Assembly: GCA_965203325.1 (NCBI GenBank)
Contig: OZ241875.1
Location: 2,496,001 to 2,560,000 of the forward strand
Direction of reading: 5' to 3'
Length of the DNA stretch: 64,000 nucleotides
Source: a bacterium
GTDB lineage: Bacteria; UBA8248
The notes beneath the pieces were generated by a model. The model was not told where the DNA came from. It made no database searches and saw only the letters and a program-made list of their open reading frames with translations. This document shows, piece after piece, positions 19,776 to 31,000 of the stretch. A program made the translations under genes and the position numbers. Positions within the stretch are counted from its first letter, which is position 1, and each line of letters starts with the position of its first letter.

Positions 19776-20141
19776 GTGACACGTCTGCGCTGCCTCGTCA
19801 GGTGGGTTTGGAAGTGGGCCGTGCATTGCTTCCTCCGCCCCTACCGAACGTTGGTTGTCGAAGAAACATTACCGGATCGACTTGAGCGGCGTATCCTATA
19901 CATAGTTCGTGAGGACGGGTTCAACGAGCAGACTGCGTTGCTGTGTCCATGTGGTTGCGGTTCTATTCTCCACATTAACTTGCTACCCGATGAATACCCT
20001 TGCTGGCGTGTGACGCAGAATATCGATGGGACGGCGACACTCTACCCATCGGTTTGGCGGAAAAAGGGCTGCGGCTCGCATTTTTGGCTTCGGAATGGTC
20101 ACATCCAATGGTGTCAGGTAGCGAAACTATCTGCGCGCTGA
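19776..20141 (+). CDS. DUF6527-like small Cys/His protein
   Basis: LCPCGCG...INLLP...W...TLYPSVW..GCGSHFWLRNG.I.W pattern. Confidence 0.7.
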   Translation: MTRLRCLVRWVWKWAVHCFLRPYRTLVVEETLPDRLERRILYIVREDGFNEQTALLCPCGCGSILHINLLPDEYPCWRVTQNIDGTATLYPSVWRKKGCGSHFWLRNGHIQWCQVAKLSAR

Positions 20142-20553
20142 TCGTGGCACAAACCATCGTCAACTACTTTATACCCGAATAGTTTCCCCCAGCTTTACGA
20201 TGGCCGATATCTTCTATGCCTAGCTAGACTGCAAGCGTATAGACTCGCATTCGTTCGGTAAGCAGGACGAGGTGCACTTCGCCAAGGGTGTGGACCGGAG
20301 CATTTGGATAAAATTTATAGGTGTCTGAGCATGGTCATAATGAAGCCATTACGGGCTGGATTTTGGAAGATTGTCCGACAGGACCCCGCTTAGACACTCA
20401 GAAGTTGTAATTCATCCGCTTTCGTTTTGATTACGTCCTTTGAACAACGAATCCCGAGCGAAAACAGGAACAATGAGCCTTTCCAAATAATATCAACGGG
20501 ATAAGTCAATGAGCAAAAGCTCTGCACCGGATGATTTTCGTGAAGATGCGCTA

Positions 20554-21144
20554 TCACGTGATGAATTCGATGATCAGGCGCGCCGCCTCTTCGGGGGAAA
20601 GGTTCGTGGTGTCCAGTCTAATATCGGGGTTCTCGGGCGCCTCGTAGGGCGAGTCGAGGCCAGTGAAGTTCTTGATCTCCCCTGCGCGGGCGCGCGAGTA
20701 GAGGCCCTTGGGGTCGCGTGATTCGCAAACTTCGAGCGGCGCGTCGACGAAGATCTCGACGAACTCGCCCTCGCCCACCATCCGGCGAACCATGCCGCGG
20801 TCCGCCCGGAAGGGCGAGATCAAAGAAACCAGCACGATCAGCCCGGCGTCGAGCATCATCTTCGCCACCTCGCCCACGCGGCGGACGTTCTCCACCCGGT
20901 CGGCGTCGGTGAAGCTGAGATCGCGGCTCAGTCCGCGGCGCACCTTGTCGCCGTCAAGGAGGTACGTGTGTCGCCCGGCGTTGAACAACAGGCGCTCCAC
21001 GCGGTTGGCGATGGTCGTCTTGCCCGAGCCGGAAAGACCCGTGAACCAGAGTATGCGGGGCGTCTGGCGCTTCCGGCTCACGCGGGCGCGCTTGTCAACC
21101 TCGCCCGCCTCTTCCAAATCGACAACGCGTCCCTCTTCGCTCAT
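20554..21144 (-). CDS. cysC: Adenylyl-sulfate (APS) kinase
   Basis: [23 protein letters not shown] and [11 protein letters not shown] motifs. Confidence 0.92.
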   Translation of the reverse strand: MSEEGRVVDLEEAGEVDKRARVSRKRQTPRILWFTGLSGSGKTTIANRVERLLFNAGRHTYLLDGDKVRRGLSRDLSFTDADRVENVRRVGEVAKMMLDAGLIVLVSLISPFRADRGMVRRMVGEGEFVEIFVDAPLEVCESRDPKGLYSRARAGEIKNFTGLDSPYEAPENPDIRLDTTNLSPEEAARLIIEFIT

Positions 21145-21479
21145 CGGAAACAGCGCTCCCGCTTCTTCGGTTTTATTGACACCTCGCCATCATGGCCCAT
21201 CACGTGGCCCTCGCGCCGGGATTTGCGCGCTGCGGACTTCACGGCTGTCGAATTCCGGAAGGCGATCATCTCGCGGAACTTCCAGGTGGTGTCGACGTGC
21301 ATGAGGGGAAACGGCGGCGGGGCAGGATAAAACGCCTTCGTCGCCAGATGCAGCATGACGGAGGAGTCCTTGCCGATGGAATAGAGCATGACGGGACGGC
21401 GGCACTCGGCCATCACTTCCCGCATGATGTGGATGCTCTCCGCTTCAAGGCGCTGAAGGTGGCTGGGCTTGCGCATCAT
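21141..21479 (-). pseudogene. cysD: Truncated sulfate adenylyltransferase subunit 2 (first ~74 codons only)
   Basis: [44 protein letters not shown], then unrelated sequence. Confidence 0.85.
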
Positions 21480-21920
21480 ATCCCATCGATTTCATGAGGT
21501 GGGCGGCAATTCCGTTCAATGTTTGCGCGCGCTCAGCTTGGCTGTGAGGCCATCCTTGAACCGATAGATTCCAAACGTGATGATTTCCGGGAATTCGTCT
21601 GAAATTACGTCGAGTCACCGCCGGCACAGGGTCGCCAGAGAGAGCACTACCGCCATCTTGCCGAATCCCGACCCGACGCGTATGTGATCGCCGCCGCCGG
21701 TCTGTTGCCGGATCTTCCAAGAGGGCGAAGGAGTCGATGCCCTGTAGCTGGACCCGGCAGTTCTCGCAGGCGACGTGGGTGGGCATATTTGGTAAGGGCG
21801 TGAACCGAATAACCATCTCATATCCTGATCGTGATTACCGTGAGTTTTGAAATCTGACAGTGGAGAATATAGCATTGGAAACGACCCGGTGAAATCAATT
21901 TCTCAGGCCTTGAGCAGGCA

Positions 21921-23309
21921 ATGGAGGATATGCAAGTGGCCAGGACAATCGACCTGAGCGTTGGCCCGATACCCGGCCATTTCCGCAAAATGGCGATTCC
22001 CGCCGCGATCGGAGTTGCGGTCACCAGCCTGTACAACGTCGTGGACAATTATTTCGCGGGCCTGCTGTCGGTGGAAAGCCTCGCCGTGCTCTCGCTCGCC
22101 ACCACCGTGATCTTCCTGCTCACCGTGCTGTCTATCGCCACGAACGCCGCGATAGTCGCTCTCGTCGGCAACGCCCTGGGCGCGCAGAAATTCGCGGATG
22201 CGAAACGATTGGCTTGCCAGGGGCTGAGCTACGCGGTCATCCTCTCGCTCGCGCTGGCCATCGTCTTCCTGGCGCTTGCACCCTCGCTTATAGGCGCGAT
22301 TTCGGTGCCGGGAAGCCTTAGAGAGACGACCATCGCCTATCTGAATATCGCTATTCTATCCACGCCCGCGTTTATTGTGGCGTTCAGCGCCAACGGGATT
22401 CTGATGACGCAGGGCCAGGCGGTCCACATGCTGCGCGCCCAGACAGCGTCCTGCATCGCGAACATCGGCCTGAACCCGCTCTTCATGTTCGGATTTCCGG
22501 GCGTGATCCCGGGACTTGGCATCATCGGCATCGCCGTCTCGACCCTGGTCTGTCAGGCCGGCGTGATGGTTTTCATCCTCCGCCAAGCCCTGAACTCGGA
22601 TCTCATGCGCAAGGGCGGATCGTCGACCTACCGTCCGATACGGGAGGATTTCGCCAGCATCGCGAAAATGGCGCTTCCCATCGGCACGGGCTACGCCCTG
22701 ATCGTGATCGGCATATTCGTCGTGCAGGTTTATCTCAAAAAATTCGGCCCAGAGGCGATAGCCGCGTTCGGGGTCGGATTCAGAATCCAGCAGATCCTCC
22801 TGATGGCGGGACTTGCCATGGCGACCACGCTGCGCGCGATTGCCGCTCGGAACTTCGGAGCGGGCGAATACGACCGCGTACGCGAGGCGTTCCGGTTCTG
22901 CATCAGGGCCGGAGCCGGGTTCATGTTCCTGGCGGCGCTGCTCCTCTGGATGGCCGGCCGTCCGCTCATGACCTTGTTCGCGGACGATAAGGAGGTCGTT
23001 CGCATCGGCGCCGACTTTCTGAGGGTATACGGATTGTTGCTGCCGGTTCACCTATTCACTTTCTCCATGGATTCGCTGCTCCAGGCCTTCAAGCGTCCGG
23101 CGATTACGCTCTTCGTCACCATATACAGGGAAATATTCGGTATCGCGTTCTTCGTGGGCGTATTCGTACTTGCCCTGGGAATGGATACGCTGGGCGTCTG
23201 GCTCGGAGTCGCCGCGAGCGTCGTCACCGCATGTCTTCTGGCTTTGCTCACCACGATGCGAGTCGCACGTCAGGAGATGGGCGGGCTGTTCCGAGCCAAG
23301 ACTGGTTGA
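21921..23309 (+). CDS. MATE family efflux transporter
   Basis: LYNVVDNYFAG, NIGLNPLFMFG and ARNFGAGEYDR motifs; about 12 TM segments. Confidence 0.88.
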   Translation: MEDMQVARTIDLSVGPIPGHFRKMAIPAAIGVAVTSLYNVVDNYFAGLLSVESLAVLSLATTVIFLLTVLSIATNAAIVALVGNALGAQKFADAKRLACQGLSYAVILSLALAIVFLALAPSLIGAISVPGSLRETTIAYLNIAILSTPAFIVAFSANGILMTQGQAVHMLRAQTASCIANIGLNPLFMFGFPGVIPGLGIIGIAVSTLVCQAGVMVFILRQALNSDLMRKGGSSTYRPIREDFASIAKMALPIGTGYALIVIGIFVVQVYLKKFGPEAIAAFGVGFRIQQILLMAGLAMATTLRAIAARNFGAGEYDRVREAFRFCIRAGAGFMFLAALLLWMAGRPLMTLFADDKEVVRIGADFLRVYGLLLPVHLFTFSMDSLLQAFKRPAITLFVTIYREIFGIAFFVGVFVLALGMDTLGVWLGVAASVVTACLLALLTTMRVARQEMGGLFRAKTG

Positions 23310-23792
23310 CGATGACGGACATCCCCGAAACCTGTGCGGGTCGAGATTCGTTATACTCGCGTTGATGCAGCAGGGTCGCGGCGCTCGACCGCGAGATGCG
23401 CTTGCGCACCTCGCCAGCCTCTCGTGCGGGTTCGTCGCTTCACTTCATCGTCCTTGCCTACCCGGGGCAGAAAATACTGCAGAAAACTAAAAATACACGA
23501 TAATGCTATGATAATAAGGATATTAAATACGAAAAAAATAAGCGGCTATTGTATAATTGAACATGAATCAGGATCAGGATTTCCATTTAGCATAAGGGGA
23601 GGTTCTTCGCCGCCCGGGAGGGACTCGGCGAAGCCCGGGGAGACCGTGGAATCATGGATTGTGAGTTCTCGACGCTGAACGATAGCGACGCGTCCGTGGT
23701 ATACCGCCCTAGGCAATCCGCTAGGAAACCGCGAGCGTACCGGACACGGCCGAAGTGTCCTCGCTCGCAAGAGGCGCCGCTCGTTCCCCATA

Positions 23793-24180
23793 CTCGGTTT
23801 TTCCACCGCCGCGTGGAAGCTCGCCCCGCGCGAGGGCTTTATGGGCTGGACGCCGCAGTTGCGCGAGAAGAACCTCTCTCCTCGTGGTCGACAACCCGAG
23901 GTTCCTCATCCTGCCATGGATCAAGGTCCCCGGCCTCGGCTCGCACCTCATCGCCATCATCCGCAGGCGCCTGCCCGGAGACTGGACCCAGCGCTATGGC
24001 ATCACCCCCGTGTTCATCGAGACCTTCGTCGAGACGCCGCGCTACACCTTCACCGTCTACAGGGCATCGGGATGGATCCGCGTTGGAACCACACAGGGAC
24101 GAGGGCGCTACGACAGGGACAGAAAGGATGTCCGGCTGCGGCCGCTCCGCAGCGACTGGAAGCAAGTCCTCAACCGCTGA
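23793..24180 (+). pseudogene. DUF4338 (DruA-like, usually transposase-associated) fragment, frameshifted near 23880
   Basis: LGFSTAAWKLAPREGFMGW..REKNL in one frame, then VVDNPRFLILPW...ETFVETPRY..YRASGW..VGTTQGRGRYDR in another. Confidence 0.75.
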
Positions 24181-24252
24181 AACAATCTCCATCACCCCAC
24201 GACCGAATCGATTACCCATCTACTAATCCACCCAATTCATGAAGGAAGCGAT

Positions 24253-24600
24253 ATGTCGATTGATATAGCATGGGAGCGAAGCGGCGATTTGTTGGTTGCC
24301 TTGATATCGGGCCGTCTCGACGGCAGCACCGCCGATTTGTGCGATAGCGCGCTCGAATCCGGTGTTGACGATGATGATCATGGACTCGTCATAGATTTCG
24401 AGAACTTGTCCTACATCAGCAGCGCGGGCCTTCGGATCGTCTTGAGAGCCGCAAGGAAGTTCACCGGACCGGACAAGAAATTCGCGATCTGCTCGCTGTC
24501 CGATTCCGTAAGGGAGATTGTGGCGATCAGCGGTTTCGACAAGCTCATCGCGGTTCACGGTTCACGGGAAGAGGCGATCAGCGAACTCAACAAAGGCTAA
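24253..24600 (+). CDS. STAS-domain anti-sigma factor antagonist
   Basis: GRLDGST, DFENLSYISSAGLR and ISGFDKL motifs. Confidence 0.9.
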   Translation: MSIDIAWERSGDLLVALISGRLDGSTADLCDSALESGVDDDDHGLVIDFENLSYISSAGLRIVLRAARKFTGPDKKFAICSLSDSVREIVAISGFDKLIAVHGSREEAISELNKG

Positions 24601-24658
24601 GCCTTCTCCACTTTCGGAGACGCAAAGAGCGTGGAGAACATTTTTAGGGAGATCCAGA

Positions 24659-24946
24659 ATGAATGACACCAACCGTGAAGAAAAAGTCGTTTCCATAAAA
24701 AGTGCCGTCGATTTCGACATCGTGGCGGACAACATGCTCGAGATCGCGGAATTTACGGTCGAGAAGTACGAATTCAGAAATGACACCACGCTTCCCGCCG
24801 AAGTGCGCGAGGAGGCGATGGCGCAGATCAGAAACGTCCTGTGGGCGAAAGTCGAGGAACTGAAACAGCGGCGCAAGGAGATTCTCGAAGATATGTTCAA
24901 CATGGCGGAACAAGCACTCGATAACATCGTGGAGAACAAGGACTAG
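24659..24946 (+). CDS. Small acidic helical hypothetical protein upstream of the PKS
   Basis: GGGAG RBS, 95-aa ORF with coding-like codon usage. Confidence 0.7.
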   Translation: MNDTNREEKVVSIKSAVDFDIVADNMLEIAEFTVEKYEFRNDTTLPAEVREEAMAQIRNVLWAKVEELKQRRKEILEDMFNMAEQALDNIVENKD

Positions 24947-25086
24947 CACGAATTGCGCGGCGCACGCGGCACTGGCCGGGATCACCGAGGCCAACCAAAG
25001 GCGAGAATCATGATGGAGCAGGCCGCTGTTCCTGATGCGCGTATCCGGGGATATGGCCGGGAATCCAGAGCGCTGAGGAGGGCTCT

Positions 25087-28000
25087 ATGGGCTCTGCCGA
25101 ACCAGATTATCCGGTAGCGATTGTAGGCTACAGCTACCGTATGCCGGGCGGGATCCATACCGATGACGATTTCTGGCGTCTGCTCAGCGAACGCGAAATC
25201 GTCCAGGAGCCGGTAGCGGACCGCTACGGCAGAGGCTACCAGCCGATCGGCGGATTCTCCGGCCTGGGCCGCTTCGCCAGTCCGTATGAGGGGCTGATTC
25301 GGGAGGACGGAGAAAAGCTCATCGATCGCGGTCTTTTCGGCTTGTCGCAGGACGAAGTGGTTTCGATGGACGCGCAGGTGAAGATGCTGTTGTCTTGCTC
25401 CTGGGAGACCTTCGAGCGCGTCGGTTGGGACATGCATTCGTTGCGCAACAGTCCTACGGGCGTTTTCATCGGAGGTCAGACCCCGGCAACGGCCAACTGG
25501 CGCCCGATGCAGGGCGCCGGCCCGTTTGACGTCATGAACACCAGTCTCGCCATGCTGGCCAACCGCATTTCCTACCACTTCAATCTGATGGGACCGTCGG
25601 CCACCTATTGCACCGCATGTTCCGCCAGTCTCACCGCCTTGCACGCGGCTGTCGCCGCGCTCCGCTCGGGTGACTGCGAACAAGCCCTCACCGGGTCTGT
25701 GAACTACCTGGTAGGGTCCCGATTGAGCGCCGCATTCAACGTTCTTGGCGTCATCAGCCCGGACGGCAAGTGCCATTCCTTCGATGCGGAGGCCAACGGG
25801 TACATGCGCTCGGAAGGGGCCTTCGTATTTGCGTTGAAGCCCCTCGAGGCGGCCGAACGGGACGGGGACCCCATCCACGCCGTAGTGGAGGCGACGGCCG
25901 TCAATTCGGCCGGCGCCGCCGACGGCAGCAGCGGCCTGGCCCAAGGGCGGTACATTACCGCGCCCACTCGTCATGCGCAGATTGAGCTGATGCGCACGGC
26001 CCGTGAACGCGCCGGCAGGTCGCCGCAGGACTTCGACTATGTAGAAGCCCACGCCACCGGGACCGTGGTGGGTGATCGAATCGAAGGCAATGCCATTTCA
26101 GAGGCGTTCGGCGGAGTCGAACGCGAGGTTCCCCTCCGGATTTCCAGCGTGAAGAGCAACGTCGGACACATGGAAGCCGCCGCTTTCCATTGCGCCCTGC
26201 TCAAGGTCATCCTGATGATGCAGCGGCGCACGTTCGCGCCGAACTCCAAGAATTTCCTGGTGCCGAATCCGGAGATCGACTTCGAGAGCTGCCCCATACA
26301 GGTGCAGACGATCTGCGAATCCTTCCCTGAGCGCCCTGCCGTGGTCGGCGTCAATTCGTTCGGCTTCGGCGGTGCGAACGGACACTGCGTGGTGCGTGAG
26401 TACGCTCCCGAGAAGCCGCGGAGCTGGTCGTCAGCCCTGGCCCCGAAAGCCGGATTCATGATTCCGCTCTCGGCGCGAACCTCCGGCGCATTGACCCGGA
26501 GCGCGCGGCAACTGCGCGAAGCGCTGGACGAGCAGGAGATGGACCTCTATACGCTGGCCGGGAACCTCAGCCGCCGCCGCACCCATTTCGCCACCCGCAC
26601 TGCCTTTGCAGCGCGTGACCAACGGGAACTGGTAGAGGCGCTGGACGCCTTCATCGAAGACCCCGCGCCGGTCGCCACCGTAGATGATCGCGAGCGACGG
26701 GTGGCTTTGGTCTTCTCCGGGCAGGGCACGCAATGGGCCGGTTGCGGCCGCGCGCTCTACGATGCGGACCCCGTTTTCCGCCGCACGGTCGACGCCATCG
26801 ACGAGCACTGGCGGGAGCACTCGGACTTCTCGCTGCGTGAAGCCTGTTTTTCCGTCTCCCAGGAGGAAATCAACGAAGTCCAGTTGGCCCAGCCCGTCAT
26901 TTTCATGATCCAGTGCGCGCTGGTGGAGCTGCTTAAAACCTGGGGCGTCTATGCGGATTGCGTGGTCGGCCACAGCTCCGGGGAGGTCGCCGCCGCATAC
27001 GCCTGCGGAGCGCTCTCGCTGGCGGAGTCGACGCGCCTGGTGTTCCATCGCGCCACGCTGCAGCAGCGCGTGGCCGGTTCGGGCCGCATGTTGGCGGTCG
27101 GCCTCGACCGGGCGGGCGTGGAGGAAATGCTCGAAGCGCTGCGCGTTCCCTTCCGACCCGAAGAAGGACCGACTCAGGTGGAGGTCGCCTGCGAGAACGC
27201 GCCGGCCAACACCGTCATCTGCGGCAAGGAGGCCTCCCTGCGGCCCATCATGGAGGAACTCGAGCGGCGCCGCCTGCAGAATCAACTGCTGCCGGGCAAT
27301 ATCGCTTTCCACTCCAGCGCCATGGACCCGCTCGAAGACGACGCGCTGGCGGCCCTCTCCTTCCTCAACGATTGCGTCTTCGAGGCCGAGGCGCCGTTCG
27401 TCTCTTCGGTGAGCGGCGTGAAGACGGAGCGGCTGGAGGGCGCCTACTGGTGGTCGAATATCCGCAAGCCTGTGCAGTTCGCTGCGGCGATGGAAACCAT
27501 CAAGCAGGATTACCGGCCCGACGTGGTGCTGGAAATCGCGCCCCACAGCGCCTTGCAGCCCATCATCGCACAATGTCTGGAAGACGCTCCGGCGATGGCA
27601 TGCATCCCGACGCTGATGAGAAACACGGATGTATGCCTCGGCTTTCAGCAGACTCTGGGCGCCCTTTTCCGGGCCGGCGTACCACTGGATTTCGCCGCCC
27701 AGTATCCGCGTCCCGAGCCTGTCGCCCATGTGCTTCCCGGATATCCGAGAGAAGAGCAGGCTGTGGTGGACATCATGCGCGACGACGAGTTCTACGTTCG
27801 GCAGGGGGAGTATTCGCATGGCCCGCTGGTCGGGCACAGAGTGCCTAGTGAGCACATGCTCTTCGAAGCAAGGCTTTCCGAGGCGGACTTTCCCTGGCTG
27901 GCGGATCACCGCGTCCATCATGCGGCGATCTTGCCGGGGGCCGGCTACATCGAACTGATCCTGGAAGCTCTTGGGGGCGTTCCCGTTTACTTCGACGTGA

Positions 28001-31000
28001 TCGAGTTCCTACAGCCCTGTCCCATCCCCAAGGAACCGGTCCGCCTGCAAACGGCCCTGTATCCGGTAGCCAATGACCCGGATGCATTCACGTTCACGAT
28101 CACCTCGCGGTCATACGACCCCGAGGCTAGGAGCGAGGTCCATTGCCGCGGCAAGGTGCGTCTGGTGAATGACGACCACATGGTGGACGTGCCAAGTCGG
28201 CTGGCTGATATCGATACGACCTGCTTTGAGTCCTCTATTCTCGCCGACGACCGTGATTTTTACGAGCGCCTGGAAGCAGTCCTTAGCGGGACTTTCGAAT
28301 ACGGACCCTATTTCAGGACTATCAGGCGCGTTCTGGTAGACAAGATATCCCGGGCTTCTCTCTTTGACGTAGAGATGGATGAGGGATTATGGGCGACGGG
28401 CAAAGAGGAGGGCTATGTCTCGTGTCCCCCCTTGTTCGACGGGGGATTGCAGATATTTCTCTACCATTTGCTGAACGCCGCCGACCTTTTCGCCATTCCG
28501 CAGCGAGCCGAATACGTTACTTTCCTTCGTCCGCCCACCGGACCGCGGATCACCTGCCATGTGACGAAGCCTGCTGAAAATAGGAGCGATGTGGACGAAA
28601 AGGGTCAGTATTCCATTGGTCGCGGCGAAACAGCAGGGGGCAGCATCAGTTTCTACGATGGCGCCACGGGTGATCTCCTCGCCCACATCGGCGAATACAC
28701 TTATTTCACGTCCAATCCGAGTTGGAACGACTTGCCCGAGAGCAAACACAGGATTTCCTGGCAGCCGAAATTCGTCCCCGAGGGGAAACCACTTGCGGAT
28801 CGATTGCCCGACGGAGAGATCGAACCCGCCGCCTTGATTGCCGCTCTCGAGCAGCCGCAAGGGCGGGAGCGCTACGCCTGCCACGTCGTAGAGTTCGCAG
28901 GGAGTCGAGAGCCCGAGCAGACCGTCCTCGAACAGTGTGCCGACCACCTCTCGAACGGCGGCGCACAGACCGAATTCTGGCTGCTCGGCGATACGGAAGA
29001 GAGCACTCGCTCCTGCTACGACGCTTTCGGTCAACGCGATGCCGCGCTGCGTTTCGAGTGCCTCGATCCGGCCGCTCAGCCGGAACTGGATTCAGGCCTG
29101 CTGCGCCCGGGCGTCGCGGAAATCCTTTTCCTGCACGCAGATGGCGAGGCGCCTGGAGCGGAGCAATGGGGACTCGCGAGGCAGCTGGCTGTGGCCGGAG
29201 GCTTGGCGCTGGTCTCTCACGGCGAAGGCGGTGTCATCGAACCGGGCGACGGTTGGACCATGGTCCGAGCCGGTCGACGGACAACCCTGCTGCAGGCGCC
29301 TCAGTCCCTGCCGGAAATCGCCGAAACTGCCGAGCTGCCGGGGCCGCGATGGGTGCTGGGCGAACAGGGTAGTTGGGCGGCTGACTGGGCGGGCATGCTC
29401 AATGCGCCGGACGTGCATACAATTCCCGATGAAGCTCTCGCCATCGACGTCATCCACTTGCTCGAAACGTGGCCGCAGGCGGCCGAGGTCCGGGCAATCG
29501 ATTTCTTCTGCGGCGCGGATCCCGAGGATCCGACGGGAGAAAAGGCCGTATCTCGTTTTGTCGCCCTTGTCCAGGCGCTGGTCTATTGCAGGATGGAGAA
29601 CGCGAATCACCCGTGCCGGCTGACCGTGGTGACGCACGGCGCCGCCCTCGATGTCGAGAACCCGAGCGCGTGTGCTCTGTGGGGAGCGGTTCGGAGCATG
29701 GCCGTGGAAATCAACGAGGAAGCCCGGATTGATTTCCGTCTGGTGGACCTTGGCGATTCGGATGACTTGAAGACTTTGGCATGGCTTGCCCGGTGCGATT
29801 TGCGTGAGCGCGAACTTGCGGTGCGGGAGAACCGCTTGTGGGCGCCGCGGATGGTCAGCATTCCGGAGCGGTATTCCCGGGCGCCTGCCGGTGAGAAGCC
29901 CGCCTACCGCCTCGCTCTCGAAAATCCGGGGCAGATCGCCGGCCTCGAGATGAAGACCTGCGAACTCCCTCCGTTGGGGCCGGATGACGTGGAGATCGAG
30001 GTGACGGCGGCGGCCCTCAATTTTCGCGACGTCATGGTCACGCTGGGCCTGTTGCCCGCGTTGGCCTATGAACGCTCCGCCCTCGGGCGTGAAGTCGGCA
30101 TGGAAGGAAGCGGGACCGTCCGCCGCGTCGGGTCGGGGGTGCGGGGTTTCCGCGCCGGTGACGAGGTAGCGTTCATACAGGGCGGCTGCATCGCGAATCG
30201 CGTCGTGGTCAACCGGCACCTCGTCTTCGCCAAGCCTGGCCGCCTGAGCATGGAAGAAGCCGCGTCAGTCCTGTCGGTCTACGTCACCGCTTACTATTCG
30301 CTGATTCACCTGGCCCGTCTGCGCAAGGGCCAGCGCGTCCTCATCCACTCAGGGATGGGCGGCGTCGGACAGGCCGCCATCGCACTGGCCAGGCATGTGG
30401 GCGCGGAGATTTACGCCACGGCAGGCAGCGAAAGCAAGCGGGAGCAATTGCTGTCGCTGGGTGTGCGAGCGGCCTTCGATTCGCACAGCCACGTCTGGTA
30501 CGACGACCTGATGGAGGCGACCGAGGGCGAGGGAGTGGACGTCGTGCTGAACTCCCTGGCCGGCCGCCACGTCGAACTTTGCCTGAAGGCCCTGCGTCCG
30601 AGCGGCTGGCACTGCGAGATCGGCAAAGTCGACATCTATGCCGACAACGACCTCGGCCTGCGCGTCTTCCGCAAGAACCTGCGCTTCGCTGCCATCGACG
30701 TGGACCGCCTGATGATTGACGACCCGCTCCTCTCGCATGAACTCTCTCAGGCTTGCCTGGACTTGCTCGATGAGGGCGCGTTGCCGCCGCTTCCGGTTAC
30801 CGTCTTTCCGTTCAAGGACTACGCCAAGGCCCTTCGCCTGATGACCACAGGCCGGCATCAGGGGAAACTCGTGCTGAAAGCCCCGGAGGCTTCCGGCGAA
30901 CCCGGATTTCCGATTGCCGACGTGCGTCCGCTGTTCGATCCCGATGCGACTTATCTGGTCACGGGCGGCCTCGGCGGGTTCGGGCTGCGGCTGTTGCCCT

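Noticed and set aside
23706..23717. 12-bp match GCCCTAGGCAAT with 60808-60819 (inverted)
   Set aside because: 12-bp matches are expected by chance in 64 kb and there is no supporting context.
23793..24180. Druantia anti-phage system
   Set aside because: Only a short frameshifted DUF4338 fragment is present, with no other dru genes; it better fits transposon debris.
26431..27921. Long antisense or alternate-frame ORFs (also 16335-17408, 32124-33455, 53177-54382, and the 5' extensions of 43514.. and 55565..)
   Set aside because: Shadow ORFs typical of high-GC coding DNA; they overlap well-supported genes and show no motifs.
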